This document shows, piece by piece, positions 45,693-54,865 of a stretch of DNA of 64,000 bases. The first letter of the stretch is position 1. Every line of letters begins with the position of its first letter. The position numbers and the translations under genes were made by a program. This stretch comes from a virus: IMG/VR virus record IMGVR_UViG_3300043466_002666. The stretch is one strand, 5' to 3'. Below the pieces are notes generated by a model, which had not been told where the DNA came from, searched no databases, and saw nothing but the letters and a program-made list of their open reading frames with translations.

Positions 45693-45812
45693 TAATTTGA
45701 ATAGAACTCTACATCCCAATAGAAAGGGGGTACACCCAACCTCTCGGAGGGCACTTTCCTGGGCACAACATGATAACACTCAACCGCTTATAATATAAAT
45801 TGGTGTTACCAA

Positions 45813-45903
45813 TGAGAAGGGAGGGAATTGAACCCCCGATGGTTCTTATGTAACGGTTTTACAGACCGCAGCCACACATATTGCCAACAGTAGCCACCTT
45901 CCC
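45813..45903 (-). tRNA. tRNA-Tyr(GTA) with enlarged D region
   Basis: GCGGT-CTGTAAA-ACCGT, long variable region, GGTTCAATTCC. Confidence 0.85.
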
Positions 45904-45906
45904 GAA

Positions 45907-46013
45907 AAGCCTGAAACCAGTAATGCCTCCTTCTATGCTATCTGCATAGCGAGTAACATATTTCCAGCAGGACTCTTGGCGGAGATGCCAAAAGGTTTAC
46001 TGGCTTCAGACTT
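45907..46013 (-). ncRNA. Candidate 107-nt structured RNA at the start of the transcript
   Basis: 17-bp terminal stem AAGTCTGAAGCCAGTAA/TTACTGGTTTCAGGCTT enclosing CTTTTGGC/GCCAAGAG and CTATGC/GCATAG hairpins; begins at the predicted +1. Confidence 0.7.
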
Positions 46014-46019
46014 AAGACA

Positions 46020-46048
46020 ATCTTAACACACTTCTATTTGGTTGTCAA
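46020..46048 (-). promoter_or_regulatory. Sigma70 promoter
   Basis: TTGACA-17-TAAGAT; a late TATAAATA also occurs at 46060-46067. Confidence 0.75.
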
Positions 46049-46071
46049 GGTGTTTGGGATATTTATAAAAC

Positions 46072-46767
46072 TTATGGTGTCTGGAAAACCCTACCCCATC
46101 CATCGTTGCCAGCAGGACACCATCTACGAGCTAGATCAGATCGTTTGTAGATTGCTCCTTTACCATTGGTCACTGGACCAGTATAGCTATCATTGAGGCT
46201 TCCGTAAGGGTCATTAACTACATAATCTCCATTTGGTGTCTTTCCAATTACAACTACCATGTGTCCTCCTGTCGGATTAGATAAAGTCCCCCTATGAAGA
46301 ATACCAATAACAACAGGTCTACCAGCGGCAAGCTCTCTATCAAGATCAGCAAAAGTAAGGGAATAGCTGAAGCTTGACTTAATTCCATAATACGCAAGAG
46401 CACGAGTTTGAACCAAGTGGTCTGTTGTATCTCCGATGGAGAAGACTTTTTGAACATATGCATCATCTCCTTTTGGTCCTTTTAATGTGCCTGGTTTAAA
46501 ATACTCAAGGCACATTGCACATGCAGATGAATTACAGGTTCGATTTGCATCTCTGTAATTATCTGTCTGAGGAAACCATGGAAAATTTTCTATAGTATTT
46601 GATTTTGGTTTTTCTGGTTTTGTTCTATAAATTCTTACCCAATTAGATGAATCATCTATTAATGGAGAATCCATTAAATCAACTTCAAGTTGCTCTACTG
46701 CAGCAACATGCTTTGGATTATTTTCATTATAGTGTTTAAAGAAATTGTGTAAATCAATTCTGGCCAT
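46072..46767 (-). CDS. Peptidase C39-like protein (putative endolysin)
   Basis: Q.DN....RTCNSSACAM (Cys), GGHMVVVIG (His), VNDPYG (Asp). Confidence 0.8.
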   Translation of the reverse strand: MARIDLHNFFKHYNENNPKHVAAVEQLEVDLMDSPLIDDSSNWVRIYRTKPEKPKSNTIENFPWFPQTDNYRDANRTCNSSACAMCLEYFKPGTLKGPKGDDAYVQKVFSIGDTTDHLVQTRALAYYGIKSSFSYSLTFADLDRELAAGRPVVIGILHRGTLSNPTGGHMVVVIGKTPNGDYVVNDPYGSLNDSYTGPVTNGKGAIYKRSDLARRWCPAGNDGWGRVFQTP

Positions 46768-47101
46768 CTTTCTCTCCGAATAGTTTGATAAAGTACTCTG
46801 CGTCTATTACGACTAATGGTTTCTTGTGGTTCTTTTTCATGACCACTACTGGTTCATAATCACCACAATTTGCTTTAGCTTGTTCATATGCTTCCCAGAC
46901 ATTTAACTTCTCAACATTTTTACATTCTATTGAGAAAGGAAATTTACTTCTAGCTGCTCTAGCCATGATCAAATCTTCACCTCCAGCACCCATAGATCTA
47001 GATTCAATATCTTCAGGATGTATATCTAGTTCTTCTATGAGTTGATCTCTAACCCACTTTTGTAAATTCCTACCTTTAGCTTTAGCACTCTGAGGTTTCA
47101 T
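46754..47101 (-). CDS. Holliday-junction-resolvase-like PD-(D/E)XK nuclease
   Basis: SAKAKGR...SMGAGGEDL...SIECKN. Confidence 0.7.
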   Translation of the reverse strand: MKPQSAKAKGRNLQKWVRDQLIEELDIHPEDIESRSMGAGGEDLIMARAARSKFPFSIECKNVEKLNVWEAYEQAKANCGDYEPVVVMKKNHKKPLVVIDAEYFIKLFGEKDGQN

Positions 47102-47149
47102 AATATATCTCTAATAACTTAGAATATTTATCTGAACCCTGACAGAGTT

Positions 47150-47178
47150 ATTGTACAGGGTTTCTTGGGTCTTGTCAA
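47150..47178 (-). promoter_or_regulatory. Sigma70 promoter
   Basis: TTGACA-17-TACAAT. Confidence 0.7.
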
Positions 47179-47311
47179 GCCCCCCCTTCTTTCAGGAATT
47201 AAACAGCTTATATGGCCAGTTAAAGGGGTCTATGACCCTTTCCCTAGTCAGCCCAGTTTAAAGGCCATAAACCGCTGTTTTTTAGGAGATTTTACTGGAA
47301 GTCCCAGACAC

Positions 47312-47344
47312 AAAAAAGCCACCTACCTAGTCGGCAGATGGCTT
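47312..47344 (-). terminator. Rho-independent terminator
   Basis: AGCCATCTGCC/GGTAGGTGGCT stem plus T6. Confidence 0.7.
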
Positions 47345-47364
47345 GGATTACTTAAATATTTGGT

Positions 47365-48519
47365 TTATCCATCGTAGCTTCTTCTTGAACCAGTTTCAAC
47401 ATCTTGCCTACGCTGAGTTCCTACTACTGCATTCAATCTAGATCTTAATTTAGCTGCCTTCTTTTGCTCAGATGTTTTACCATCCCATTCAGTTGGAGTG
47501 TTATCTTTCCAATCATCATGCCTGCCAATATTTGCTTCACGACTTCTTGGTAGTTTAGTTGTTTTTGGGGATTGTGGCCTTTCTGGATATGGTGCAGTAA
47601 ATCCTTCAACAATTACATCAATCCAATCTTCACTCATGTTAACCATGATGTTTTCTGCTGAATCTACAGTATCAGCATATCCTTCTTCTAGAAGGTGGTC
47701 TAGAACTACATCATATACATCTACATCTTCACCTAGTCTTGATGCAAGATTTCCTGCTTTAGTAGATACCTTTCTAGCAACTCTGCCTAGGAAACCTCCA
47801 CCAGCTTTCTTTGCAGCAGAACCTGCTGCTTGCATCTTAGCTTGAGCAGCATCACCGGCAGTTTTAACGCCAGTCACTGCTCTTTGGCCGGTAGATTGAA
47901 CCGCACCCTTTACCTTTTCTACTCCACGCTGAAGCTTACTAGCAGCTCTTGATGCAAGGTGACCAACAACCTGTGAGCGAATGCCTCTACGAACAGAAGG
48001 ATCTTTTGAAGCCTGCTTCATACCAATAGAGGTTCTATTGAGTGGCTTACCCTTCTTGCTTGATACTAGGCCATGCTTAGCAGCATAATCACCTGCAGCG
48101 GTGTCTACAGCCTTTCTAGCTCTAGCTACAGCCTTACCAGGAGCATCCTTGACTGCTTGAACTTGACGCTGACGGGCAGCAGATACAACAGCTTGCCTTC
48201 TAGCTTGTTGACGCATTGCAGTACCCTGACCAGATGTTACTGGTGCAGAACGCCTATCAGTACTTAGTTTAGTATATCCACCACGACCTTTAGTTACAGT
48301 AGCCTCGGAGAAAATCTCATCTAAAGCTTCTTCAATATCTAATAATTCATATCCCTCTTCAAGCATAGCTTCGATTGTTTCTTCAACAATCTCTTCAATC
48401 TCACCATCATAGAGATAATTAATATCCTCAAGAAGTTCTACTTCTTCAGATAATGTTTCTCTTACTTCATCGTTATAAACGGCAAAGTATGATTCGTAAA
48501 GTCTTTGAGTTTCTGTCAT
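47365..48519 (-). CDS. Late protein with alternating acidic and basic blocks (putative internal head protein)
   Basis: TATAAATA at 48551-48558; LLEEGY-type acidic modules flank Ala/Lys/Arg-rich segments. Confidence 0.6.
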   Translation of the reverse strand: MTETQRLYESYFAVYNDEVRETLSEEVELLEDINYLYDGEIEEIVEETIEAMLEEGYELLDIEEALDEIFSEATVTKGRGGYTKLSTDRRSAPVTSGQGTAMRQQARRQAVVSAARQRQVQAVKDAPGKAVARARKAVDTAAGDYAAKHGLVSSKKGKPLNRTSIGMKQASKDPSVRRGIRSQVVGHLASRAASKLQRGVEKVKGAVQSTGQRAVTGVKTAGDAAQAKMQAAGSAAKKAGGGFLGRVARKVSTKAGNLASRLGEDVDVYDVVLDHLLEEGYADTVDSAENIMVNMSEDWIDVIVEGFTAPYPERPQSPKTTKLPRSREANIGRHDDWKDNTPTEWDGKTSEQKKAAKLRSRLNAVVGTQRRQDVETGSRRSYDG

Positions 48520-48574
48520 TGGAGTTTCTATAAATGTTACTTTATAGTATTATTTATAAAAACTCCAGTATTAA

Positions 48575-49738
48575 TCAGAGTTTAAATCCAGAGAAAGTAT
48601 CTTTCTTCATGTCTTGTTTGATACCACCAATTACATAGCTCTCAATTTCAGTTTCCTGTGGAGCATTCTGCATCATCTTGGAATTGAGCCAATGCTCAGT
48701 CCAAGGAAGAGGATTGTTTGACATGGAGATATCAAACATTGGCTTGATACCAATTGCTTTCATTCTACGATTTGCAATATACTCAACATATGAAGAAAGT
48801 AATTTAGCATTTAGACCAATCATAGAACCATCCTTGAATAGATACTCCGCCCATGCTTTCTCTTCATTAACTGCACGAACATACATCTGCTTAACATTAT
48901 TTTCTTCCTCAGCAATAATATCTAACATCTGAGGATCATCACCATTCTTCCAGTTCTTGATAATGTTTTGAGTGATCACAAGATGCTGAGATTCATCACG
49001 AGCAATTAGAGAAATGATCTTTGCAGATCCTTCCATGAGTTTTAGTTCACCGAATGCAAAGCTACAAGCAAATGAAACATAGAAACGAATACCCTCAAGA
49101 ATGTTCACATTCATAACTGCACGATAAAGCTTTCGCTTCAGTTCCTTGAGTTCAATCTGTGCAGTTAAATGATCTCCTAGTTCCCAAAGAGTTCCAGAAT
49201 CCCATTGATGAGCACACTGAATTAGATCATCATATGCTTCAGTTACACTAGTTGCACGTTCTAGAATCTTTTCATCATTTAGAATAGTATCAAATACTTC
49301 TGTCACATCAGAATAGACATTCTTGATGATGTAGGTATATGAACGACTATGAATCATCTCCATAGTTTCCCAAATGGTCATGCAAGCTTCCAGTTCAGGA
49401 AGTGAACAGTATGGAATAAATGCAAGACCAGGACCACGACCCTGTACAGAATCAAGCATGATCTGATACTTCAGGTTGGAAGTAAAGATATGCTTTTGCT
49501 CAGGACGAAGAGTTTGATAATCTGCACGATCTTTTTGGAGGGAGACCTCCTCAGGTCTCCAGAAGTATCCAAGTTGTTGTTGAGTTAGCTTTTCAAAGAT
49601 AGGATACTTGTAGCTATCATATCTTTGAACTCCAAGTGGTTTACCAAAAAACATTGGTTGCTTTTTGGTATCTACATGATTACTATTAAATACGGTCATA
49701 CCTTTGATTTCACTGTTTGTATTTTTGATGAATTGCAT
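48575..49738 (-). CDS. nrdB: Ribonucleotide reductase class I beta subunit
   Basis: FWRPEEV, LDSVQGR, EMIHSRSY, LEGIRFYVSF, RDESQH, APQETE. Confidence 0.97.
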   Translation of the reverse strand: MQFIKNTNSEIKGMTVFNSNHVDTKKQPMFFGKPLGVQRYDSYKYPIFEKLTQQQLGYFWRPEEVSLQKDRADYQTLRPEQKHIFTSNLKYQIMLDSVQGRGPGLAFIPYCSLPELEACMTIWETMEMIHSRSYTYIIKNVYSDVTEVFDTILNDEKILERATSVTEAYDDLIQCAHQWDSGTLWELGDHLTAQIELKELKRKLYRAVMNVNILEGIRFYVSFACSFAFGELKLMEGSAKIISLIARDESQHLVITQNIIKNWKNGDDPQMLDIIAEEENNVKQMYVRAVNEEKAWAEYLFKDGSMIGLNAKLLSSYVEYIANRRMKAIGIKPMFDISMSNNPLPWTEHWLNSKMMQNAPQETEIESYVIGGIKQDMKKDTFSGFKL

Positions 49739-49749
49739 GTAAATTCTCC

Positions 49750-52050
49750 TTAGATTTTGCAGCTTTCGCAGTCGTCTTCGGTCTCTAGTTGCGAGACTAG
49801 TTGTGATAGAGCATCCGTTTTCTCTTCCGTATCACCATCAGATTTACTATCATATGTATTTTGATAGTATGATGTCTTCCAGCCATACTTATATGTTGTC
49901 AGTAGATCTTGTGCCATTACTGATGCTGGCACTTCATTATCTGGATAGTTTTCTGGGTTGTAGCTCCAGTTACCACTGATTGCCTGATCAAAGAACTTTT
50001 GCATCACAGCAACAATATTAATGTAACCAGTGTTATTAGGCATGTCCCAAAGAAGCGTATAGTTCTTCTTGAGGGTTTGATAGCTAGGAACAATTTGCTT
50101 AAGCGGACCTTTCTTTGATTTCTTAACGGACAAGTAATCTCTAGGTGGTTCAATTCCGTTGGTTTCATTTGACACAACGGAACTGCTTTCCGAAGGCATT
50201 TGTGCGGACAACGTGCTATGTCGTAGACCATGTGTTTGAATCTCGGAACGTAAAGTCTCCCAATCATAGTTCAGTTCGTTAGGTACTATTTCGTCTACAT
50301 CTGTTTTATAGGTGTCGATGGGAAGAATTCCTTGAGAATACTTTGTACGATTAAAATATTCACATGCACCCTTTTCTTGAGCAAGTTTATTAGAAGCTTT
50401 CAATAGATGATATTGAAATGATTCAGTCAAATCATGGACTAGTTTCCAAGACTCACGATCTTCATATTTCACACCATGTCTAGCCAGATAATGTGCAAGC
50501 CCAATATAACCGATTCCAAGTGAACGACGAGACTTTGTAGAAACTCTAGCAGCTTCAACTGGATAATCTTGATAATCAATTAGTTCATCCAAAGCACGAA
50601 TTGAAAGATCACAAAGTTCTTCCATTTCATTTAGATTATTCAATTTACCAACATTAACTGCAGAGAGAATACAAAGTGCAATCTCACCTTGTGGATCATC
50701 AATATGATTGATTGGTACAGTTGGAAGTGTGATCTCTTGGCAGAGATTACTCATGTTCACTTTGTCAAGGAAAGAACTATGTGAATTACAATGGTCAATA
50801 TTCATGATGTAAATACGACCAGTCTCTGCACGTTCTTTGAGAAGATCCAGAAACAGTTCCTGTGCATTTACAGTTTTTCTTGGAATAGACTGATCTCGTT
50901 CTGCACCCACATACATGTCATCAAACGAATCAGTCCCAAAAGCATCATACAAACCAGGAACGTCGTGTGGAGAGAATAGAGAAATTTCTTCATTTGTGAT
51001 GAACCTCTCATAGAATAGTTTTGAGATCTGAATGCTATAGTCTAGCTTACGAACTCGGTTATCCTCGGTTCCCTTATTGTTTTTTAATACTAGGATGTCT
51101 TCTATTTCTTGGTGCCAAATAGGGAAGTGAACTGTAGCCGACCCACCACGAATGCCGTTTTGAGTGCAACATCTGACCGTCGCTTCAAATTTCTTGAGGA
51201 AGGGTATAACTCCAGTATGGGCAACCTCACCACCACGAATTTTGCTATTGAGACCTCTGATCCTGCCTGCGTTAATACCGATTCCAGCACGCTGAGCCAC
51301 ATAACGGCCAATAGCCATGTCAGAGCTGAAGATAGAATTGAGAGAATCGTCAGAATCAATAAGCACGCAAGAAGCAAATTGACGAAGAGGGGTTCTAACA
51401 CCTGCCATAATTGGTGTTGGAATGTTAATTCTGTGCTTGGAGATTGCGTTGTAATATCGTCGGACATATTCTAGTCGAGTTGATTGTGGATATTCTGCAA
51501 AAATAGTTGCAGAAATTAACATGTACATGTATTGAGGAGTTTCATAAATTTTCTTTGAACTCCTATCCTGTACAAGATATTTGTCTACTACTTGACGAAG
51601 ACCAGCATAAGTAAAAATATAATCTCTTTCATGATCAATCCAGGAATTAATTTTATCCCATTCTTCATCAGTGTATTTGCCAGATAGGGCTTTATCATAT
51701 ACACCATTCATGATACCTTGGTACAGGTGATCACCTATTGAGGGGAACCCGTTCTTCCAATTAGCTCCAAAGACTTGTTTATATAAGCCGAACAAAAGAA
51801 GACGAGCAGCAACATACTGGTAATTTGGATTATCAAGACTAATGAGGTCACTAGCTGACCGAACCAAGATTTCTTGAATTTCATCAGTTGTAATTCCATC
51901 ATAAAATTGTAGTCCAGATTGAATTTCAACTTGAGATGCACTTACTCCAGCAAGCCCTCCACAAGCACATTCAACCATATTGTGAATCTTGTCCAAATCT
52001 AAAGATTCCAGAGTACCATTACGTTTTTTTACTTTAGTACCGTTACTCAT
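49750..52050 (-). CDS. nrdA: Ribonucleotide reductase class I alpha subunit
   Basis: ATP cone VKKRNG, PTPIMAG, ASCVL, SNLCQEI, C-terminal CESCKI; start taken as MSNGTK. Confidence 0.97.
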   Translation of the reverse strand: MSNGTKVKKRNGTLESLDLDKIHNMVECACGGLAGVSASQVEIQSGLQFYDGITTDEIQEILVRSASDLISLDNPNYQYVAARLLLFGLYKQVFGANWKNGFPSIGDHLYQGIMNGVYDKALSGKYTDEEWDKINSWIDHERDYIFTYAGLRQVVDKYLVQDRSSKKIYETPQYMYMLISATIFAEYPQSTRLEYVRRYYNAISKHRINIPTPIMAGVRTPLRQFASCVLIDSDDSLNSIFSSDMAIGRYVAQRAGIGINAGRIRGLNSKIRGGEVAHTGVIPFLKKFEATVRCCTQNGIRGGSATVHFPIWHQEIEDILVLKNNKGTEDNRVRKLDYSIQISKLFYERFITNEEISLFSPHDVPGLYDAFGTDSFDDMYVGAERDQSIPRKTVNAQELFLDLLKERAETGRIYIMNIDHCNSHSSFLDKVNMSNLCQEITLPTVPINHIDDPQGEIALCILSAVNVGKLNNLNEMEELCDLSIRALDELIDYQDYPVEAARVSTKSRRSLGIGYIGLAHYLARHGVKYEDRESWKLVHDLTESFQYHLLKASNKLAQEKGACEYFNRTKYSQGILPIDTYKTDVDEIVPNELNYDWETLRSEIQTHGLRHSTLSAQMPSESSSVVSNETNGIEPPRDYLSVKKSKKGPLKQIVPSYQTLKKNYTLLWDMPNNTGYINIVAVMQKFFDQAISGNWSYNPENYPDNEVPASVMAQDLLTTYKYGWKTSYYQNTYDSKSDGDTEEKTDALSQLVSQLETEDDCESCKI

Positions 52051-53027
52051 ACTTTCTTCCATGTAGTAAATTTAACTTTAGCTTCCAACCCTTGAAATGT
52101 GTTTTCTTTGATTATTTGCTGTGGGTTGAGTCCAGAAATAACCATATCATTAATATCTTTTTCTTTTATGGTGCTTGGCCAAATAACGACCTTTTCTCCT
52201 GCAGTGATAAGCTTGTCATACCTCTGGACAATCTGAAGATTTCTTGGTTCATTATCCAATACAAAAATTCTGTCTCGGTAAATAGATTTTTCCAGATGCA
52301 CATCAGATCCACACATGGCAATTGCATTAGACAGAAAAAGAGAGTCAAATGGACCCTCTGTAACATAGATGGTTTTATCGAAGTCTAAAGAATCAAGTCC
52401 AAATAATTTAACGTACTTATCATCCAGGATGGTAGTAATATAGCGTAGTTTTGCAGTTTTGTCAAGAGCCCTTCCCTGGAATCCAAAAAGTTTTCCACTT
52501 TTGGACATGAGGGGGATGACGATTCTAGACTCTTTAAGTTTTGTGTCTGTTTTGGCCCAAGCATGAAAATCCTCTGCGTAATAGAACTTAGAAAAATATT
52601 TTTCTGGTATTTGCCTGTTGGAAAGATATTCTCTTGCTGGGTGTGAATTATTTAGTTCTGATATTTTTTTGAGTTCGGATAGTGGAGTCTTCTTGAAAAC
52701 TGGCTTTTGAAATTCAAACTTAGGTTCTTCAGTGTTTGTTCCACGACCAGTCAGTCCAGACTTAAATCTCTCCATCACGTATTCATCGTGAAGAGTTACA
52801 TCTAGATCTTTTAAAAAATTACTGAGAGTTCTACCCACTCCACAGTTATGGCATTTGAATACCATATCTGCATTCTTTCGATAGAAAAATCCCCTTGCAC
52901 GGTTTTTGTATTTTGCAGAGTCACCGCAATAAGGGCATCTGAAGTTATATAAATTATCTTGCTTCTTTTGAAATTTACTTAGTCTAATTGAAATGAGGTT
53001 AATGTATTTGTGGTCAATGTAACTCAT
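52047..53027 (-). CDS. gp61: DNA primase gp61
   Basis: FRCPYCGDS...CHNC, GFQGR, VTEGPFDS, DNEPRN, KDINDM. Confidence 0.95.
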   Translation of the reverse strand: MSYIDHKYINLISIRLSKFQKKQDNLYNFRCPYCGDSAKYKNRARGFFYRKNADMVFKCHNCGVGRTLSNFLKDLDVTLHDEYVMERFKSGLTGRGTNTEEPKFEFQKPVFKKTPLSELKKISELNNSHPAREYLSNRQIPEKYFSKFYYAEDFHAWAKTDTKLKESRIVIPLMSKSGKLFGFQGRALDKTAKLRYITTILDDKYVKLFGLDSLDFDKTIYVTEGPFDSLFLSNAIAMCGSDVHLEKSIYRDRIFVLDNEPRNLQIVQRYDKLITAGEKVVIWPSTIKEKDINDMVISGLNPQQIIKENTFQGLEAKVKFTTWKKV

Positions 53028-53440
53028 TTTTTGGTGGTTTGCTCAGTCCCTCCATTATAGGGCATACCGAGCATGTTGTCAACAAGGGGAACCACCAGAC
53101 CGACCACTAAAATAACTGCCCCTGAGATGGCGGCTACCTGCCACCTAAATTTTAATAAATCTCCAACAGTTTTTTCTACTTCTGAAACTCTTTCAATAAC
53201 TTTTTTATGATCTTCGGTATTTGATTTTTTCATCTCATTCACCATCTGAATAATTACTTCATCAGACTTAGTTGAGTTCTCCAGTCTTTCTTCATGTATT
53301 GCCAACATTTTACTAATTGTCTGACTTGTTTCACTAATTTTTTCGATAGCTGCATCAATCTTTTTCATCATTTGTTCATAGATGCTAAGTTTTTCTTCTA
53401 GTAATGCTAACTTAGTTTCGGTGGTTTGAGATTGAAACAT
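53024..53440 (-). CDS. Coiled-coil protein with C-terminal TM helix (start revised to MFQSQ)
   Basis: KMLAIHEERL coiled coil, then KFRWQVAAISGAVILVVGLVV. Confidence 0.6.
   Translation of the reverse strand: MFQSQTTETKLALLEEKLSIYEQMMKKIDAAIEKISETSQTISKMLAIHEERLENSTKSDEVIIQMVNEMKKSNTEDHKKVIERVSEVEKTVGDLLKFRWQVAAISGAVILVVGLVVPLVDNMLGMPYNGGTEQTTKK
53054..53082 (-). promoter_or_regulatory. Sigma70 promoter for primase-nrdAB
   Basis: Perfect TTGACA-17-TATAAT inside the 3' end of the upstream gene. Confidence 0.8.
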
Positions 53441-53453
53441 ACTACCTCTAAAA

Positions 53454-53840
53454 TTACTGTTCTGGAGAAATGCCTCTGTTGGATGCAAATGTAGAAATTT
53501 TTTCAAATCCAGAAGCAGATGAATTAATAGTTTTAATCATTTTAACTCTATTACTAGCATTTAAGTTTCGATACAAGTCAACTAATTTGTTTGCACCATC
53601 AGGAGAAATCTGAGCTTTCTCTCCATTATCAAACATAACGACTCCTTGCTGTCCTGCCAAAGCTATTTGCTTTAGTTGGTCAATTACTTTACCACCACTT
53701 TCAAATAGTCTTTGCTCATTCACTTTTTTTCTTTTCTTTCTTTTTGATGCCGGAATTCCAGGTGGCTCTACACTTGGAGGAATGGATACTGCAGATCCAT
53801 CTCCAACACAATTAGCAGCAACTTCTTCGTTATAGTTCAT
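53454..53840 (-). CDS. Hypothetical (likely head-associated) protein
   Basis: 128-aa ORF in the late operon. Confidence 0.6.
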   Translation of the reverse strand: MNYNEEVAANCVGDGSAVSIPPSVEPPGIPASKRKKRKKVNEQRLFESGGKVIDQLKQIALAGQQGVVMFDNGEKAQISPDGANKLVDLYRNLNASNRVKMIKTINSSASGFEKISTFASNRGISPEQ

Positions 53841-54199
53841 ATTTTACTAAGCTCTTCTAAACAATAACTATCAGGTGTTATATGTGAAATTGAATTTGGC
53901 TCTAGCCTATCCAAAAATATTACAAAAGACTTCAAGTATTTCCAGTATTCCGGTTCAATTTTAAAAAATAAAATTGGAGTTGCTGCATCACCAAAAATAT
54001 TATATACAACTATAATATGATTTAACAAAAGATGAGTTTTGAGAATTCCTGTTTTATCATAACGTTTGAGTAATCTTTTGATATACTTAAATCGTTTTAG
54101 GTCTTCAAAAAAATCATCTTTTGTCATTGCATTTGGGTTGTCATAATGTTTAATTGCAAATAACAAAAAGTTGTCATCATTCAATTCATTAAATCTCAT
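53837..54199 (-). CDS. Conserved T4-like hypothetical protein
   Basis: LNDDNFLLFAIKHYDNP...EDLKRFKYIKRLL...LLLNHII..YNIFG. Confidence 0.8.
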   Translation of the reverse strand: MRFNELNDDNFLLFAIKHYDNPNAMTKDDFFEDLKRFKYIKRLLKRYDKTGILKTHLLLNHIIVVYNIFGDAATPILFFKIEPEYWKYLKSFVIFLDRLEPNSISHITPDSYCLEELSKI

Positions 54200-54205
54200 A
54201 TGTTA

Positions 54206-54814
54206 TCAGGTACCAAATGTTAGAGTTGCAGTTCTAGAAATAACTTCTTCAGTACCACCAGCAGACGTGATCTTCACTCTATACTTGTAACCAGTAACTG
54301 CTGAAGTAGCACCAGTTAAAGTTAGGGTGTGAGTTGTGGAGCCGGTGTAAATTCCAGTGTTGGTAAGATTTGTCCAACGAGTTCCGGTTGTAGTTTGAAC
54401 CTGCCACTGATAAGCAAGAGTTCCTGGAGTTCCAGTTGTAGTGGTTTGACCGTTAACTGTAAATGTTGCTCCACCGGATGATGTAGTAGCATTCTGTGGA
54501 TATGCAACGTTAATTGTTACTGCTGATGCAACATCTGCAGCAATTGTATCATCAGCTTGAGTTTCGTTTGCATTGGTATCTGGATTGCCAAGTGCAACTA
54601 GCTTTTCTGCTTTATGGCGAGTATTTCCTGCAGCATCAGTATAAGTGAAGTAGGACCACCAACCAGGACCATCAATACCACGGGTACGGTTCTCGTTTAG
54701 TCTTGCTTCAGTTTCATCAACGAAAACAATTGTTTTTGCTTGTGCTGAAGCAGCAATAGTTCTTTCAACTTTAGTCTTATTTGCGTTAGAATCAGTTCTT
54801 CCGTATAGAGACAT
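54206..54814 (-). CDS. Virion protein with C-terminal Ig-like domain
   Basis: LAYQWQ...W.NL....YTG....TLTL......GYKYRVKI; late promoter at 54846-54853. Confidence 0.7.
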   Translation of the reverse strand: MSLYGRTDSNANKTKVERTIAASAQAKTIVFVDETEARLNENRTRGIDGPGWWSYFTYTDAAGNTRHKAEKLVALGNPDTNANETQADDTIAADVASAVTINVAYPQNATTSSGGATFTVNGQTTTTGTPGTLAYQWQVQTTTGTRWTNLTNTGIYTGSTTHTLTLTGATSAVTGYKYRVKITSAGGTEEVISRTATLTFGT

Positions 54815-54865
54815 TTAAACCCCTCTTGAATTTTTATTCTATTAATATTTATAAAAAATGGGGAG

